From the NCBI GenBank assembly GCA_036677065.1, contig JAKFBS010000004.1:64001-128000 (forward strand): a stretch of 64,000 nucleotides of DNA, written 5' to 3'. How positions within the stretch are numbered: position 1 is the first letter of the stretch; each line of letters begins with the position of its first letter. Positions 28,908 to 40,244 of this stretch are shown piece by piece. The position numbers were made by a program, and so were the translations under genes. The notes below the pieces were generated by a model. The model saw only the letters and a list, made by a program, of their open reading frames with translations, ran no database searches and was not told the origin of the DNA. This stretch comes from Bdellovibrio sp. (GTDB taxonomy: Bacteria; Bdellovibrionota; Bdellovibrionia; Bdellovibrionales; Bdellovibrionaceae).

Positions 28908-29426
28908 TTAAAATAAATACATTAACGTAGCACTTGGGTAAGTATCTTTAACGGTTCTGATTTCAGACAGTGAACTAGTTTTATCACTTTTATAAACTGT
29001 GGTGCGATCTGAAACTTGAAAACCGATATGAAATTGTCCACCGACGTGTTCTAGATAACCAAAATCAATTTGTGGACCTTCACCGTTTGTCCAAGTTCCG
29101 ACTTTGGCTAAGATATCATAGTGGCCTAAAATAAACCAACCACGCTCCCAGTAATATCCTGCAGATGGGCCGTAAGCTTCGCCGGCTTCGCTGCCAGCTT
29201 CGTTGCGTGATTCAATTAAATAACGAAATCCAAAAGTAGGTCCGCCACGAACAAAATACAAAATATTCATATCCAGTTTGTTGGTGTAAACCTGATTTTG
29301 AAAACTATCTGTGCTTTGTCGGTAAGTTAAACCACCTTGAGCGATAATAGAATACATGCGCGGTGCTAAAGCGGCTGAGGTATTAAGGGCCAAAAATAAA
29401 ATGAAAAGCACGAAAAAGTGACGCAT
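28908..29426 (-). CDS. Putative small outer-membrane beta-barrel protein
   Basis: Signal peptide MRHFFVLF..., amphipathic strands, terminal YLF. Confidence 0.6.
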   Translation of the reverse strand: MRHFFVLFILFLALNTSAALAPRMYSIIAQGGLTYRQSTDSFQNQVYTNKLDMNILYFVRGGPTFGFRYLIESRNEAGSEAGEAYGPSAGYYWERGWFILGHYDILAKVGTWTNGEGPQIDFGYLEHVGGQFHIGFQVSDRTTVYKSDKTSSLSEIRTVKDTYPSATLMYLF

Positions 29427-29597
29427 ATTTTCATTCCATTTTAGGACACAGTTAAACAAATTGTATATCAAAATTTCTCATGCCCAAGGGCAATTTAGCC
29501 CATACCTTTCTATTTGTGTTACTTACGATGCATTTGTAGGTGGTCCGATAATTGAAAAGTGCAATTGTTCTTAATTTTTTTAAAAAAAGGAGTAAAA

Positions 29598-30446
29598 ATG
29601 TCTAAATTATTTTTCGCGCCGTTATGCGCCCTAATTCTGGTCGTCGGCCTCTCGGGATGTAATGATTCGGATGATGAAAATGCGCTTACTGCGGGATCAA
29701 ACTCTGATTTAATGATTCAGCAAATCGGTGAATCAACAGTTTCACTTGATGAGTCGAGCGGCAACACAAGCGGCACCATAGTGCGTTCAAGTTTCTTAGA
29801 AGCATCGTGCAGTGGTGTAAGTTTTGGAGCCTGCGGTGCTACGGCTTCTAGTACAGTGGTTAAAGATTTTGCCGGTTGTACAATTGTCGGAGGTTTGGTT
29901 GCAGTTTCAGGAACGGTGACTTTATCTTATAGCGGAACAGGTTCTGGCACGTGCACAATACCAGCGAACGGGGATGCTGTAACTCGTGTACCAGCATTCA
30001 CAGCTTCGTTGCCCGCTAATGCAGGTTCATTTTCGACGTCAGCATTATCAACTGGCCAAACATTAACTCGTACGGGATCAGGTACATTTACTTTTTCGAA
30101 TACAGGAATTCGCCGTCTGTATACGGGGCCTACTGGGTCGGCAGTGGCTGATATCACTACGGCTACAACAGCTGATATTTTAGTTTCTGGAACTACTCGA
30201 GCTAACCGTGTGATCAATGGGGGGGCGCTGGCCGTCACAAATAATCTAACGAACCAAGTTTGTACCGTGTCACCAAATAATGTGGCGTGGACTTCGACCA
30301 CTTGTAATTGTCCGACGTCAGGAACATGGACGGGAACTTGTTCTACGGGTGAACCAGTTTCGGTTGCATTCACTTCAACGTGCGGTTCAGTTGATGCGGT
30401 ATTTGGAACGGCTTCAAAAACTGTAACAATCGATCGTTGTAATTAA
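29598..30446 (+). CDS. Cys/Thr/Gly-rich lipoprotein
   Basis: AAGGAG SD; lipobox LSGC; 10 further Cys in the mature chain. Confidence 0.7.
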   Translation: MSKLFFAPLCALILVVGLSGCNDSDDENALTAGSNSDLMIQQIGESTVSLDESSGNTSGTIVRSSFLEASCSGVSFGACGATASSTVVKDFAGCTIVGGLVAVSGTVTLSYSGTGSGTCTIPANGDAVTRVPAFTASLPANAGSFSTSALSTGQTLTRTGSGTFTFSNTGIRRLYTGPTGSAVADITTATTADILVSGTTRANRVINGGALAVTNNLTNQVCTVSPNNVAWTSTTCNCPTSGTWTGTCSTGEPVSVAFTSTCGSVDAVFGTASKTVTIDRCN

Positions 30447-30461
30447 AATTTGAAAAATATT

Positions 30462-30497
30462 AAAAAAAAAGCCCCGGTATTTCTACCAGGGCTTTTT
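30462..30497 (-). terminator. Intrinsic terminator of fusA (also usable on the + strand)
   Basis: Minus-strand RNA GCCCUGGUA-GAAA-UACCGGGGC-U9. Confidence 0.88.
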
Positions 30498-30526
30498 CAT
30501 TTTTAATATGTATTAAAAACTTAAGA

Positions 30527-32638
30527 TTACTTGTTTTCAGCAGCACGTTTTGCAGCGTACTTCTTAGCAAGTTCTTCTTGAACGTTACGAGGAGCAGGTT
30601 GGTATTTTGCAAATTCCATAGAGAATTCGCCTTTACCTTTAGTGCTTGAACGTAAGTCAGTAGAATAACCGAACATTTCAGTTAACGGAACCTCAGCTTC
30701 AATCGTTACAGTGCCTTCGATCGTTGTTGTTCCAACGATAACGCCACGACGTTGATTGATTTGGCCGGATGCCGGACCTTGATATTCTTCAGGAACAGTT
30801 GTTTCAAGCTTCATGATCGGCTCAAGAACTGTTGGTTTAGCTTTTTGGTAAACTTCACGCATTGCTGCCATCGCAGCAATTTTAAACGCCATGTAAGATG
30901 AATCGACATCATGGTAAGCGCCGTCAGTTAAATCAACTTCAACACCAACGATTGGGAAGCCAATCATAGGTCCTTTTTTACATTGCTCAGCGAAACCTTC
31001 TTCAACAGCTGGGATGAATTCTTTAGGAATACGACCACCCACAACTTTGTTTTGGAATTTAAATACTGCGCCATCTTCTTGTGCTTCTAAAGGACGGATA
31101 GCCCCAGAGATTTTCGCGAATTGACCCGAACCACCTGTTTGTTTTTTATGAGTGTAATCGTAATCAGCTGCTGCACCGATAGTTTCACGGTAAGCAACTT
31201 GCGGTTGACCCACAGTTACTTCACAGTTGAATTCACGTTTCATACGTTCAACATAGATTTCTAAGTGAAGCTCGCCCATTCCAGAGATGATCGTTTCATT
31301 TGATTCTTCATCACGGTGAACGCGGAAAGTAGGATCTTCTTTACGAAACTTTTGTAAAGCTTTTGTAAAGTTATTAGTACCTTCTTTAGTTTTAGGAGCG
31401 ATAGCTAATGAGATAACTGAATCAGCGATATGCATAGATTGCATAGAAGCATTGATTCTGTCGTCACAGAAAGTGTCACCAGAAGCGCAATCGATACCGA
31501 ACATAGCTACGATGTCACCAGCGTAAGCAACGTCAGTGTCTTCCATTTTATCAGAATGCATACGAACAACGCGCGGTACTTTAACCGATTTTTTGTTCGT
31601 TTGATTGATAATGAAGTCACCTTTTTTAAGAGTACCTTGGTAGATACGCATGTAAGTTAACTGGCCGAATTGTGTTTCTTGTAATTTGAATGCAAGAGCA
31701 ACAAGTGGCATGTCGTTATCAGTTTTTAAAGGAAATTTTTCTTCGCCTTTATTTAAGTCTAACGCCATTTCAGTTTTTTCAGTTGGATTTGGTAAGTAAT
31801 AAGTTACGCCATCAAGTAAATGTTGAACGTTTTTATTTTTGAACGCAGATCCGCAGAATACTGGAACTAATTTTAATGAGATAACGCCTTTACGAACAGC
31901 AGCTTTCATTTCTTCTACTGTTGGCATTTCTTCCATTAAGAATTTTTCAGCAATACCATCATCGAAATCAGCAAGTTTGCCGATTAATTCTTGTTGGTAT
32001 TTTTTAGCGTCGTCAGCTAATTCAGCTGGCATTGGGATTTCAACGATATTTTCGCCGTCTTCACCTTGATTTTGGAAAGCTTTCATTGTGATTAAATCAA
32101 CGATACCAACGTGTTTATCTTCTAAACCGATTGGAATGTTAATCATTACTGCATTTAATTTTAATTTATCAACTAAAGCATCTTTAACGCGGAAAGGGTT
32201 TGCACCTTGACGGTCAAGTTTGTTGATAAATGCTAAACGAGGAACGCTGTAACGTTTCATCTGACGATCAACAGTGATTGACTGTGATTGTACGCCAGAA
32301 ACGCCGCAAAGTACTAGGATCGCTCCATCTAATACGCGAAGTGAACGTTCAACTTCTACTGTGAAGTCAACGTGCCCCGGTGTATCGATTAAGTTAATTG
32401 TATAATCTTTCCACTGAACTTGAGTTGCAGCAGATTGAATTGTGATCCCTTTTTCTCTTTCAAGATCCATAGAATCCATAGTCGCGCCAACGCCGTCTTT
32501 ACCTTTTACTTCATGGATTTCGTGAATACGACCGCCGTAGAAAAGGATACGCTCAGATAAAGTAGTTTTTCCTGAGTCGATATGCGCTGAGATACCGATA
32601 TTGCGGACTTTGTTAATGTCCCAAGGAGCTTTTGCCAT
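30527..32638 (-). CDS. fusA: Elongation factor G
   Basis: [62 protein letters not shown]; highly biased codons. Confidence 0.97.
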   Translation of the reverse strand: MAKAPWDINKVRNIGISAHIDSGKTTLSERILFYGGRIHEIHEVKGKDGVGATMDSMDLEREKGITIQSAATQVQWKDYTINLIDTPGHVDFTVEVERSLRVLDGAILVLCGVSGVQSQSITVDRQMKRYSVPRLAFINKLDRQGANPFRVKDALVDKLKLNAVMINIPIGLEDKHVGIVDLITMKAFQNQGEDGENIVEIPMPAELADDAKKYQQELIGKLADFDDGIAEKFLMEEMPTVEEMKAAVRKGVISLKLVPVFCGSAFKNKNVQHLLDGVTYYLPNPTEKTEMALDLNKGEEKFPLKTDNDMPLVALAFKLQETQFGQLTYMRIYQGTLKKGDFIINQTNKKSVKVPRVVRMHSDKMEDTDVAYAGDIVAMFGIDCASGDTFCDDRINASMQSMHIADSVISLAIAPKTKEGTNNFTKALQKFRKEDPTFRVHRDEESNETIISGMGELHLEIYVERMKREFNCEVTVGQPQVAYRETIGAAADYDYTHKKQTGGSGQFAKISGAIRPLEAQEDGAVFKFQNKVVGGRIPKEFIPAVEEGFAEQCKKGPMIGFPIVGVEVDLTDGAYHDVDSSYMAFKIAAMAAMREVYQKAKPTVLEPIMKLETTVPEEYQGPASGQINQRRGVIVGTTTIEGTVTIEAEVPLTEMFGYSTDLRSSTKGKGEFSMEFAKYQPAPRNVQEELAKKYAAKRAAENK

Positions 32639-32914
32639 TTTTAACCTCATGGTTGGGGTTTATGTTGTTGTTTTTACTTATTAAATTTTTATGTAAAGAT
32701 AAGGGTCTATCAGAGTTTTTTCACAGTGGCAAACGCTATGGCAGGCGCTCAAAATAAGAGCAAGTGTGGAGCCGGCTTTGCAAAGTCTAAAAGCAGCTAT
32801 GTTTTTGTACGTAAGTTGGCGCTCAAATCTATTATATTTGCTTACAGCACTAGATGTGTCGGTAGTTTCGACAGCGGGCCTGCTTTCGTCAGTCATCACA
32901 AGGAGAGAATCCCA

Positions 32915-33751
32915 ATGATATTACGAATTGTTTTGTTTCTGCTCTTAGCCTCGTCGCAGGTCTGGGCCCAAAGCCAATGCCAGAATTTATTCGCTGACCA
33001 TCAACTTCTGTTAGACCGTAAAAGTCTGGTCGAACAGGATTTGATTCAAGTCTACGATGTAGAAGTAGCGGGAAAAACAGCTGCAGAAGTAGCGGCTATG
33101 AATCTTAAAACGATCGAAAGCATTCACGATGAAATTCCGTTCAGAAGCACTTCAACCCGAGGTGTATGGATCAATGAAACCGTAGCGAATAGACTTGTCG
33201 ATTTAACTTATGAAAACCCTGTGGTAAATCCAGGACTAAAAAAATACGATCCAAAGCGCAACATTGGTTTTTGTTTTGGGCGTGCGACATTTATTCACTT
33301 GATGCTTTTAAAAATGGGCTTACAAAAAAATTCGATCCGCAAAATCTGGGCGATCGGCCCTATGAATACTGGCGAAATCACTTGGCGCTACCATGTGGCA
33401 ACAATGGCTTATACCAAAAAAAATGGTTGGCTTGTGCTTGATACAAATCACGGCGCAGCGGTATCAGCCCAAGAATGGATTGCGACTTATTCGAAAATGA
33501 GTACCGACGGTAAGCTTCGCTTTTATACCAGTGACGCCAGCAAGCTTTCATTTATGATTGGAAAGTATTCGCGCCTACAACTAGGTATGGATATTAATCA
33601 GGAGCGTGATTATTACCGTGGCTATTTTAAAGACATGATGGAGTGGGTGCGTAAAAGAAAATTATCACAAGACGGGATTGTTTCTGTAGATAAAGAGCCA
33701 AACGCGACGATGCCGGATATGTGGAGTTCCGTCGTTGAGTTTTTAAGATAA
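32915..33751 (+). CDS. Secreted protein-glutaminase-like (transglutaminase-fold) cysteine enzyme
   Basis: AAGGAG SD before MILRIV; signal peptide; GFCFGRA, WRYHVA and LVLD give a Cys-His-Asp triad. Confidence 0.6.
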   Translation: MILRIVLFLLLASSQVWAQSQCQNLFADHQLLLDRKSLVEQDLIQVYDVEVAGKTAAEVAAMNLKTIESIHDEIPFRSTSTRGVWINETVANRLVDLTYENPVVNPGLKKYDPKRNIGFCFGRATFIHLMLLKMGLQKNSIRKIWAIGPMNTGEITWRYHVATMAYTKKNGWLVLDTNHGAAVSAQEWIATYSKMSTDGKLRFYTSDASKLSFMIGKYSRLQLGMDINQERDYYRGYFKDMMEWVRKRKLSQDGIVSVDKEPNATMPDMWSSVVEFLR

Positions 33752-33769
33752 TTTCTTTACTATCATCTG

Positions 33770-35221
33770 GTGCAAGACATTTTACAAAAACATTTCGGCT
33801 TTAATCAATTTCGTGGCGCTCAAAAAGAAGTGATCGAGCGCCTTTTGGCGGGGCATTCGACTTTAGCATTAATGCCCACAGGCACCGGAAAAAGTTTGTG
33901 CTACCAATACATTGCGCACGTGCAGAAGCCTGGTGAACTTGTTTTAGTGGTTTCTCCGCTAATTGCATTAATGCAAGACCAAACGCAAAAAGCGAATGAA
34001 GTCGGTTTGCGCGCTTCTTTTGTCAATTCATCTATTTCTGCCGATGAAAAAGAAAAACGTCTGCGCCAATTAGCTGATGGCCGGTTTAATATTTTCTTTG
34101 TCACACCTGAACGTTTTAAAAAAGCTGATTTTTTAGAAGTGATCTTAAAACAAAAAATTTCATTATTTGTCGTTGATGAAGCCCACTGCGTAAGTCTTTG
34201 GGGCCATGATTTCAGGCCAGATTATGCCAAACTTGGCCCGGTGATTAATAAATTAGGAAGGCCTACGGTATTAGGGTTAACCGCAACGGCGACAATTCCG
34301 GTACAAAAAGAAATTTGCATTTCACTAGGCCTTGAAACTGAAAAAGGAATTGTTACCAGTGGTATTGAACGCCCTGAATTAGCTTTACGAGTTGAAGAAA
34401 TTTACGGCGAAGAAGAAAAATTTCAGATGATGTATGATTTAATGTCTAAACATCCGGATCAATCGGGGATTGTGTATTTTTCTCTGATTGCCACTTTAGA
34501 AAATTTCGGCCGGTTTTTACAGCGACAGAAATTTCCGTTTTTAAAATATAATGGCGATATGTCGCCAGGACAGCGCCGGCAAAATCAAAACGCGTTCATC
34601 AAAAACTCTGCGCGTTTAGAAAATAAATGGATGTTAGCGACTCCGGCTTTTGGTTTAGGGGTTGATAAACCGGATGTACGCTTTGTTTTTCATAGCGAAA
34701 TTCCATCAACATTAGAGTCGTACTATCAAGAAGTTGGGCGTGGCGGTCGTGATGGCAAACCAGCGCAAGCCATTTTATTTTACGATGAAGACGATGTTTC
34801 GATTCAAATGCAATTTTTAGACTGGGCTTATCCAGAAAAAAACTTTATTTCTAAAGTGTATTTTTTAATCCAGGATAACTTTGAACGCGTATCGCAGCAG
34901 GGTTTTGATTTTTTACGCGAACAAATGCTTTTTAAAACTAAAAAAGATTACCGGGTGCAATCAGCTGTCAGTATTTTAACTCGCTGGGGCTGTTTAGAAG
35001 AAGTAGACACATTATTTGGCTATCGCGCCGTACAACCCCCTGAAGATTCGTTATTCACTGAAGAAAACCAGGATCTTTTAAAAAAAGAACATCAAAAAAA
35101 ATTACTTACGATTTTACAGTGGGTAAAAAACACTGACGAATGCCGAATGAAGCGCATCTATTTATACTTCGGTCATTATATTGAAAAGCCTTGTGGTGTG
35201 TGTGATGTCTGCACACAGTAA
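33770..35221 (+). CDS. recQ: RecQ-family ATP-dependent DNA helicase (short form)
   Basis: [56 protein letters not shown]-terminal CR...CGVCDVC. Confidence 0.9.
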   Translation: MQDILQKHFGFNQFRGAQKEVIERLLAGHSTLALMPTGTGKSLCYQYIAHVQKPGELVLVVSPLIALMQDQTQKANEVGLRASFVNSSISADEKEKRLRQLADGRFNIFFVTPERFKKADFLEVILKQKISLFVVDEAHCVSLWGHDFRPDYAKLGPVINKLGRPTVLGLTATATIPVQKEICISLGLETEKGIVTSGIERPELALRVEEIYGEEEKFQMMYDLMSKHPDQSGIVYFSLIATLENFGRFLQRQKFPFLKYNGDMSPGQRRQNQNAFIKNSARLENKWMLATPAFGLGVDKPDVRFVFHSEIPSTLESYYQEVGRGGRDGKPAQAILFYDEDDVSIQMQFLDWAYPEKNFISKVYFLIQDNFERVSQQGFDFLREQMLFKTKKDYRVQSAVSILTRWGCLEEVDTLFGYRAVQPPEDSLFTEENQDLLKKEHQKKLLTILQWVKNTDECRMKRIYLYFGHYIEKPCGVCDVCTQ

Positions 35222-35846
35222 CGTACTTAACGATTTTCCAGATCCGCACACGACCGAGATCCTTGAAGATGTGATAGCTGTAGGTGGCATTTTAGACGCC
35301 CCGAATTTGCAGCTCGCTTACAGTATGGGGATTTTTCCGTGGCCGCATGAGGGGTATCCGCTATTGTGGTTTTGCCCTGAAGAGCGCGGTATCTTAGAAT
35401 TTTCTGAACTTTATGTAAACCGCAGTTTGGATAAGTGGATCCGTAAAAATGCTCCAAATATTACAGTCACCGTAAATAAGGATTTTGCGCAGGTGATTTA
35501 CGAATGCCAACAGCAAGTGCGCCAAGGGCAGGCTGGTACGTGGATCACTTCTGAAATCATCGAAGCGTACACGCAGTTGCACAAGCTTGGTGGCGCGATT
35601 TCAGTTGAATGCTGGGAAGACGATGTGATGATATCTGGAATTTACGGTGTGAAGAGCGAGAACTATTTTAGCTGTGAAAGTATGTTCTTTAAAAAATCAA
35701 ACGCTTCTAAGTTTTCTTTTTTAAAATTAGTCGAGCATCTAGAAACACTGGGGCTTGATTGGATGGATTTGCAGATGGTCACTGATGTCTCGGGTTCATT
35801 CGGCGGAAAATATATTTCGCGCGAAGAATTCTTAGAGCGAATTTAA
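35205..35846 (+). CDS. aat: Leucyl/phenylalanyl-tRNA-protein transferase
   Basis: [21 protein letters not shown]...AY..LH, SVECW, ESMF...NASK, DLQ. Confidence 0.92.
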   Translation: MSAHSNVLNDFPDPHTTEILEDVIAVGGILDAPNLQLAYSMGIFPWPHEGYPLLWFCPEERGILEFSELYVNRSLDKWIRKNAPNITVTVNKDFAQVIYECQQQVRQGQAGTWITSEIIEAYTQLHKLGGAISVECWEDDVMISGIYGVKSENYFSCESMFFKKSNASKFSFLKLVEHLETLGLDWMDLQMVTDVSGSFGGKYISREEFLERI

Positions 35847-36841
35847 ATTGTTAATATTTCTGGCATAGGTTTACGTTTTTCAAGTTTCTGGATTGTTTTG
35901 TAAATCCAAGTTTTATGAAAGTCTAAATTTAAATACATGCTCTCGCCGTAACAGCTATTATACGCATTTGTCGGGTCTTCATCTTTTACCTTAAAAGTCG
36001 CAATAGCAATACCTTGTAAATACAATTCATCATCTCGTATAGCAAATAAAGGCGCTCCTGAATCGCCGGTGCATACACCCGAAGAAAATCTTTGGCTGCG
36101 GCTGATCACGCGCTGTGAAAAATCTGTAATATTTAAAGTTAGCTGCGCTTTCATCAGTGTGCCGTTCAAAGGTGGTGGACTGTCGTCGAAGCTTTTTGCC
36201 TGAAAGCGCGGGTCATCGGCAAGCCTGTTGTATTCGCTGATGCGGCCATAACCGGCGACAAAAGCTTCTGCTGTCAGTCTGACGTCTTTACTTTGAGTCA
36301 TATGAATAACTGAGTTTTTATCTTGAAAATAAGAGTTCGAATATTTTGCGCCAGCTATTGGGCGGCTTAATTTTAAAACGGCAAGATCATAGAAGTTAGA
36401 ACGGTTTTGCGGGCCTGGTGCAATCGCTTTTTTTATTTCACGCAGCCGTGCTTCCTGATATTCGTCAGGGGATTCGTAATTAACAATTTTATAGATTTGG
36501 TCTGGCGTTATCGCTTGGTTCGCGTCTTCTGTAAAAATCACGCGCGATTCTTTAATATTTTCAGTGCAATGGGCTGCCGTCAGAACGTAATACTGGTCGA
36601 TGATTACGCCACTGCACAAACCGAATTTACGAAATAACGAAGGTGAGCTTAGATCAAATGAAAAGTTTTTTGCTATGTAAACAGTACGGCCAAAAATTTG
36701 GTCACCGGGCCCTACAGCGGTACCACGCAAGATGCTGCCATCGATTTTGGTTTTATCCATGAAATTACCGTCACCGCAGGCGGTAAACAGTAAACTTAGA
36801 AATAGCATAACAAATGGCGCGAACCAACGGCGTAAAGTCAT
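35843..36841 (-). CDS. Trypsin-like (S1) serine protease lipoprotein
   Basis: Lipobox FTAC; CSG, LTAAHC, DLAV, CTGDSGAP. Confidence 0.9.
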   Translation of the reverse strand: MTLRRWFAPFVMLFLSLLFTACGDGNFMDKTKIDGSILRGTAVGPGDQIFGRTVYIAKNFSFDLSSPSLFRKFGLCSGVIIDQYYVLTAAHCTENIKESRVIFTEDANQAITPDQIYKIVNYESPDEYQEARLREIKKAIAPGPQNRSNFYDLAVLKLSRPIAGAKYSNSYFQDKNSVIHMTQSKDVRLTAEAFVAGYGRISEYNRLADDPRFQAKSFDDSPPPLNGTLMKAQLTLNITDFSQRVISRSQRFSSGVCTGDSGAPLFAIRDDELYLQGIAIATFKVKDEDPTNAYNSCYGESMYLNLDFHKTWIYKTIQKLEKRKPMPEILTI

Positions 36842-36974
36842 AAATACTTCTTATACAAAAACTATACTTGATGAGTTCGATTTTATGGGTTTTGGCTGTA
36901 GACTGAGCGTCTAACTTTCAAACGAGTGTTATGCGGTTAGCGTTTCAAAATGAGACTAAACCAGTCAAAACCCT

Positions 36975-37001
36975 TTATAAATTCATGCTTTTTGCCGATA
37001 A
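36975..37001 (+). promoter_or_regulatory. Sigma28 (FliA)-type promoter of the fibre gene
   Basis: TTAT-N15-GCCGATAA, 8 nt before ATG 37010. Confidence 0.6.
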
Positions 37002-37009
37002 GTTTAGTA

Positions 37010-40000
37010 ATGAACGTAGGCAGAAGTTTTACATTTTTTCTCAGCTTTCTGGTGATTTTTTTCGTCACTGTTTTCGCCCAAGCAATGAACGGAAGAACTA
37101 CTTATCAAGGTAGAATTATAAAGCCAGATGGTTATCCTCTTGAAGCATCGAATGTCAGTTTTCGCTTTACTGTTTTAGATCCGACAGCGTCTTGTGTTCT
37201 TTACGTTGAAGACTATTCAAGCGTTAATATGTCAGGCAGCGGTGGTTTGATTTCGCTGACATTGGGTCTTGGTATACGTTCTTTTCCAAGCAGCGGAACA
37301 CTTACATTTGCTCAGGTTTTTGATAATGCAACGGCGATGTTTAACTGCCAAACTCCGGGAGTCTACAATCCGGTACCTGCTGATAACAGAAGAATTGTTA
37401 TGCAGTTTAATGACGGCATCGGCTGGCAAACACTTCCGGCGATGGCGATCAACGCTGTCCCGTATGCGATGTATGCCTCAAGGGCAAATGATTCACTGAA
37501 ATTAAATAATAAAGCCGATACAGCTTTTGTTGAATATTCGGCACTTCCTGGCAGCTGTGCCGCCAATCAGGCGCTGCACTTTAACGGGATCAGTTTTACT
37601 TGCTTAAACGCCGGTGGCAGTTACACGGTGACGGCAAATGATGTGACTACAGCACTTGGGTATACGCCGACCAACGCGGCAAGTTTTACAGCGCTGAGTT
37701 CAAATACATCGACATCATTTACGACAGTTACAAATAATATCAATTCTGTTTCATCTTCAGTCTCTAGTTTAGCGACATCGACGGCGGCTTCGCTGGCGGC
37801 GATCACGAGTTCGCAGTGGGTGAGTAGTGGCACTTCGGTTTTTTATAATGGCGGCAACGTGGGTGTTGGGACAAGTGCGCCTCATTCTAGCTTGGATATT
37901 CAGGGTTCTCTGGCAAAAAAAATAACGATGATCGCAACGGATACTACTCTTGGATCGAATGATCATATTGTTTTTGTTGAAAGCTCGTCAGGAACAGTAA
38001 CGGTCACCTTGCCATCAGCGGTTGGACTTTTGGGACGTGAATATTACATTCAAAAAAGCGATGCATCGTCAAATTTTGTAAATATAGTTCCCCAGGCTGG
38101 GCAGTTGCTTGGAACTACCGACAACAAAAATTTAAACAGGAACGGTGAGTATTTTTCAGTGATCTCTGACGGGACAAATTGGAATATTCTTAACGAAAAA
38201 GGTCTGTCTTATGCGCTTTCGGCAAGTGGCAGTACTGCCGTTGACGTTTCAGGGGCCTCATCGACCGTCTACACTTGGCTGCCGGGAACAGGCTCAGCCA
38301 CGACCGCGACTTTTACGGATTTAGGTTTCGGTTCTTTAATTACGTTTGGTGGCGATGCGAATAATAATGCAGCTGGATACTATCAAGTGAATCAGATCAT
38401 TTCAGGAGACAAAGAAATTCGTGTTTCAGTTTATTTCAATGATACGAATTCGCAGTGTAATGACCCATTTGTCATGATTACACCTCCGGGCAGTGCACCA
38501 GTTTTTGATTGGAACTCGGTACCTGGACAAATGGAATTCGGTTTTGATTGTGATCAGCCAGTCATTTATGGTACGTCAATTGATTCTTACGCTAACAGTT
38601 ATTCCTATTCCGGCGGCTGGAAAACATTTCAAATAATATATTTGCCGTCTTTAAACAAATCATACTTTCGAGTTTATGATGGGCGAAACTCAATAATGGG
38701 TTTACCTCTAGCAGACATAACGATGAACGAAGCCCCGTGGAGTTCTTGGCAAATCAATCTTACTGCCGATCAAGATGATCCTCAAAACGGACAAACACAG
38801 TTTGCTGACTTGATGGTCTCAGACTGTGCAGATCCAGATACATGTGGTAACCCTAACTATGTTTCACCGGCCGAGATCAATGAACTCATAGGCTTTATGC
38901 CATTGAATATTACGGGTGGCACGATGACAGGATCTCTAAATTTACCAGCCGGTGGATTAGATGTTGGTTCCGGTGATTTTGTTATAGCCACAAATGGTAA
39001 CGTGGGTATTGGCACATCTAATCCTAATTATAATTTAGATGTTAACGGAACGATAAATGCGGACAGTTTTTTAATAAACGGCAGCCCGCTTCAGCAAGTT
39101 TGGAGTAAAAGTGGTTCTATCGCCCATTATAACAGTGGAGACGTCGGTATTGGTACAACAAATCCAATAGTAAAACTCGATGTATCGGGAGCCATTCGCA
39201 TTAGTATGGAGTCAGCAACTTGTTCTGTCAGTTACGCCGGCGCCATTCGGTACAATACCGGCACAGTTGAATTCTGCAATGGCACTACATGGTCATCTAT
39301 CGGTACTGGATCTATAACGAGTGCAGCCATTACTTCAGCATTAGGTTACACACCCAGCGCCAGTGGTGTTGCAAGCTTTTTAGTTGCGACAGACGGTTCA
39401 ATAGCATCGCCAACTATTCGTTTTTCGCCGGATGCTTCGACTGGTTTCTATCGTTTTGGAACTAATTCAATTGGGGTTACTGTAAATAATAATTTCTTAG
39501 CTCGCTTTGATTCTGCCGGTTTACAGGTGCAAGGCAACATCAGTGCTGGTAACCAATGTTCTTACAAAATTTGTATCGGCTCGTGGTCTGCGCCTGGAAA
39601 TCCTATTCCGGCAATCACCGATTTAGGCCAAGTTATTGGTATAAACCGCAATGGACCAGGCACTACGGTTTTAGGTAATGGTCTTTATTTGACTGCCGGC
39701 GGTGCTCCAACTGGAGGTTCGAATATTATCGGTGGAGATTTAATTTTGGCTGCCGGCATCTCGACTGGTAATGCCACTTCGAATATTGAATTACGAACTG
39801 CCACGGGTGGTGCGGCGGGAACAGTGGATTCTGTGCCAACCGTAAAAATGAAAATTTTGGGTAATGGTAACGTTGGTATCGGCACGACGAATCCCACGGC
39901 AAAATTAACGGTCAGTGGATCGGTCGTGACTCCAACGAATGAAATTACTTCGGGCGGTGCAGTTAACTTAGCTTTAAGTAATACGCATTATCTATCAAAC

Positions 40001-40234
40001 ATCGGTGGCACGACAATAACACTTTCAAATATGGTGAATGGTGGTGTCTACACAATCATCGTCGCTGATACCACGCCAAGAACATATACCTTTCCAGGTT
40101 GTTCGACCGCTTATTTTAGTCCGTCGAACGATGACACCGAATCCGGTGCGCAAACAATTTACGGTCTTACAACTGTTTACGTCGGGGCGACTTGGCGTTG
40201 TTATATCACTTGGTCAACAGGTTTTGTTCCGTAG
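37010..40234 (+). CDS. Mosaic phage-tail-fibre-like secreted adhesin
   Basis: Signal peptide MNVGRS...AQA; N-domain TYQGRIIKPDG...INAVPYA; repeated G[ND]VG[IV]GT..P and [TS]ALGYTP motifs. Confidence 0.75.
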   Translation: MNVGRSFTFFLSFLVIFFVTVFAQAMNGRTTYQGRIIKPDGYPLEASNVSFRFTVLDPTASCVLYVEDYSSVNMSGSGGLISLTLGLGIRSFPSSGTLTFAQVFDNATAMFNCQTPGVYNPVPADNRRIVMQFNDGIGWQTLPAMAINAVPYAMYASRANDSLKLNNKADTAFVEYSALPGSCAANQALHFNGISFTCLNAGGSYTVTANDVTTALGYTPTNAASFTALSSNTSTSFTTVTNNINSVSSSVSSLATSTAASLAAITSSQWVSSGTSVFYNGGNVGVGTSAPHSSLDIQGSLAKKITMIATDTTLGSNDHIVFVESSSGTVTVTLPSAVGLLGREYYIQKSDASSNFVNIVPQAGQLLGTTDNKNLNRNGEYFSVISDGTNWNILNEKGLSYALSASGSTAVDVSGASSTVYTWLPGTGSATTATFTDLGFGSLITFGGDANNNAAGYYQVNQIISGDKEIRVSVYFNDTNSQCNDPFVMITPPGSAPVFDWNSVPGQMEFGFDCDQPVIYGTSIDSYANSYSYSGGWKTFQIIYLPSLNKSYFRVYDGRNSIMGLPLADITMNEAPWSSWQINLTADQDDPQNGQTQFADLMVSDCADPDTCGNPNYVSPAEINELIGFMPLNITGGTMTGSLNLPAGGLDVGSGDFVIATNGNVGIGTSNPNYNLDVNGTINADSFLINGSPLQQVWSKSGSIAHYNSGDVGIGTTNPIVKLDVSGAIRISMESATCSVSYAGAIRYNTGTVEFCNGTTWSSIGTGSITSAAITSALGYTPSASGVASFLVATDGSIASPTIRFSPDASTGFYRFGTNSIGVTVNNNFLARFDSAGLQVQGNISAGNQCSYKICIGSWSAPGNPIPAITDLGQVIGINRNGPGTTVLGNGLYLTAGGAPTGGSNIIGGDLILAAGISTGNATSNIELRTATGGAAGTVDSVPTVKMKILGNGNVGIGTTNPTAKLTVSGSVVTPTNEITSGGAVNLALSNTHYLSNIGGTTITLSNMVNGGVYTIIVADTTPRTYTFPGCSTAYFSPSNDDTESGAQTIYGLTTVYVGATWRCYITWSTGFVP

Positions 40235-40244
40235 GGGCTAGGCG

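Noticed and set aside
25859..37009. Long N-terminal extensions in the ORF track (pyrE from 25921, CNNM from 27381, ORF from 32726, fibre from 36950)
   Set aside because: Downstream ATGs have SD or promoter support and give canonical N-termini or signal peptides.
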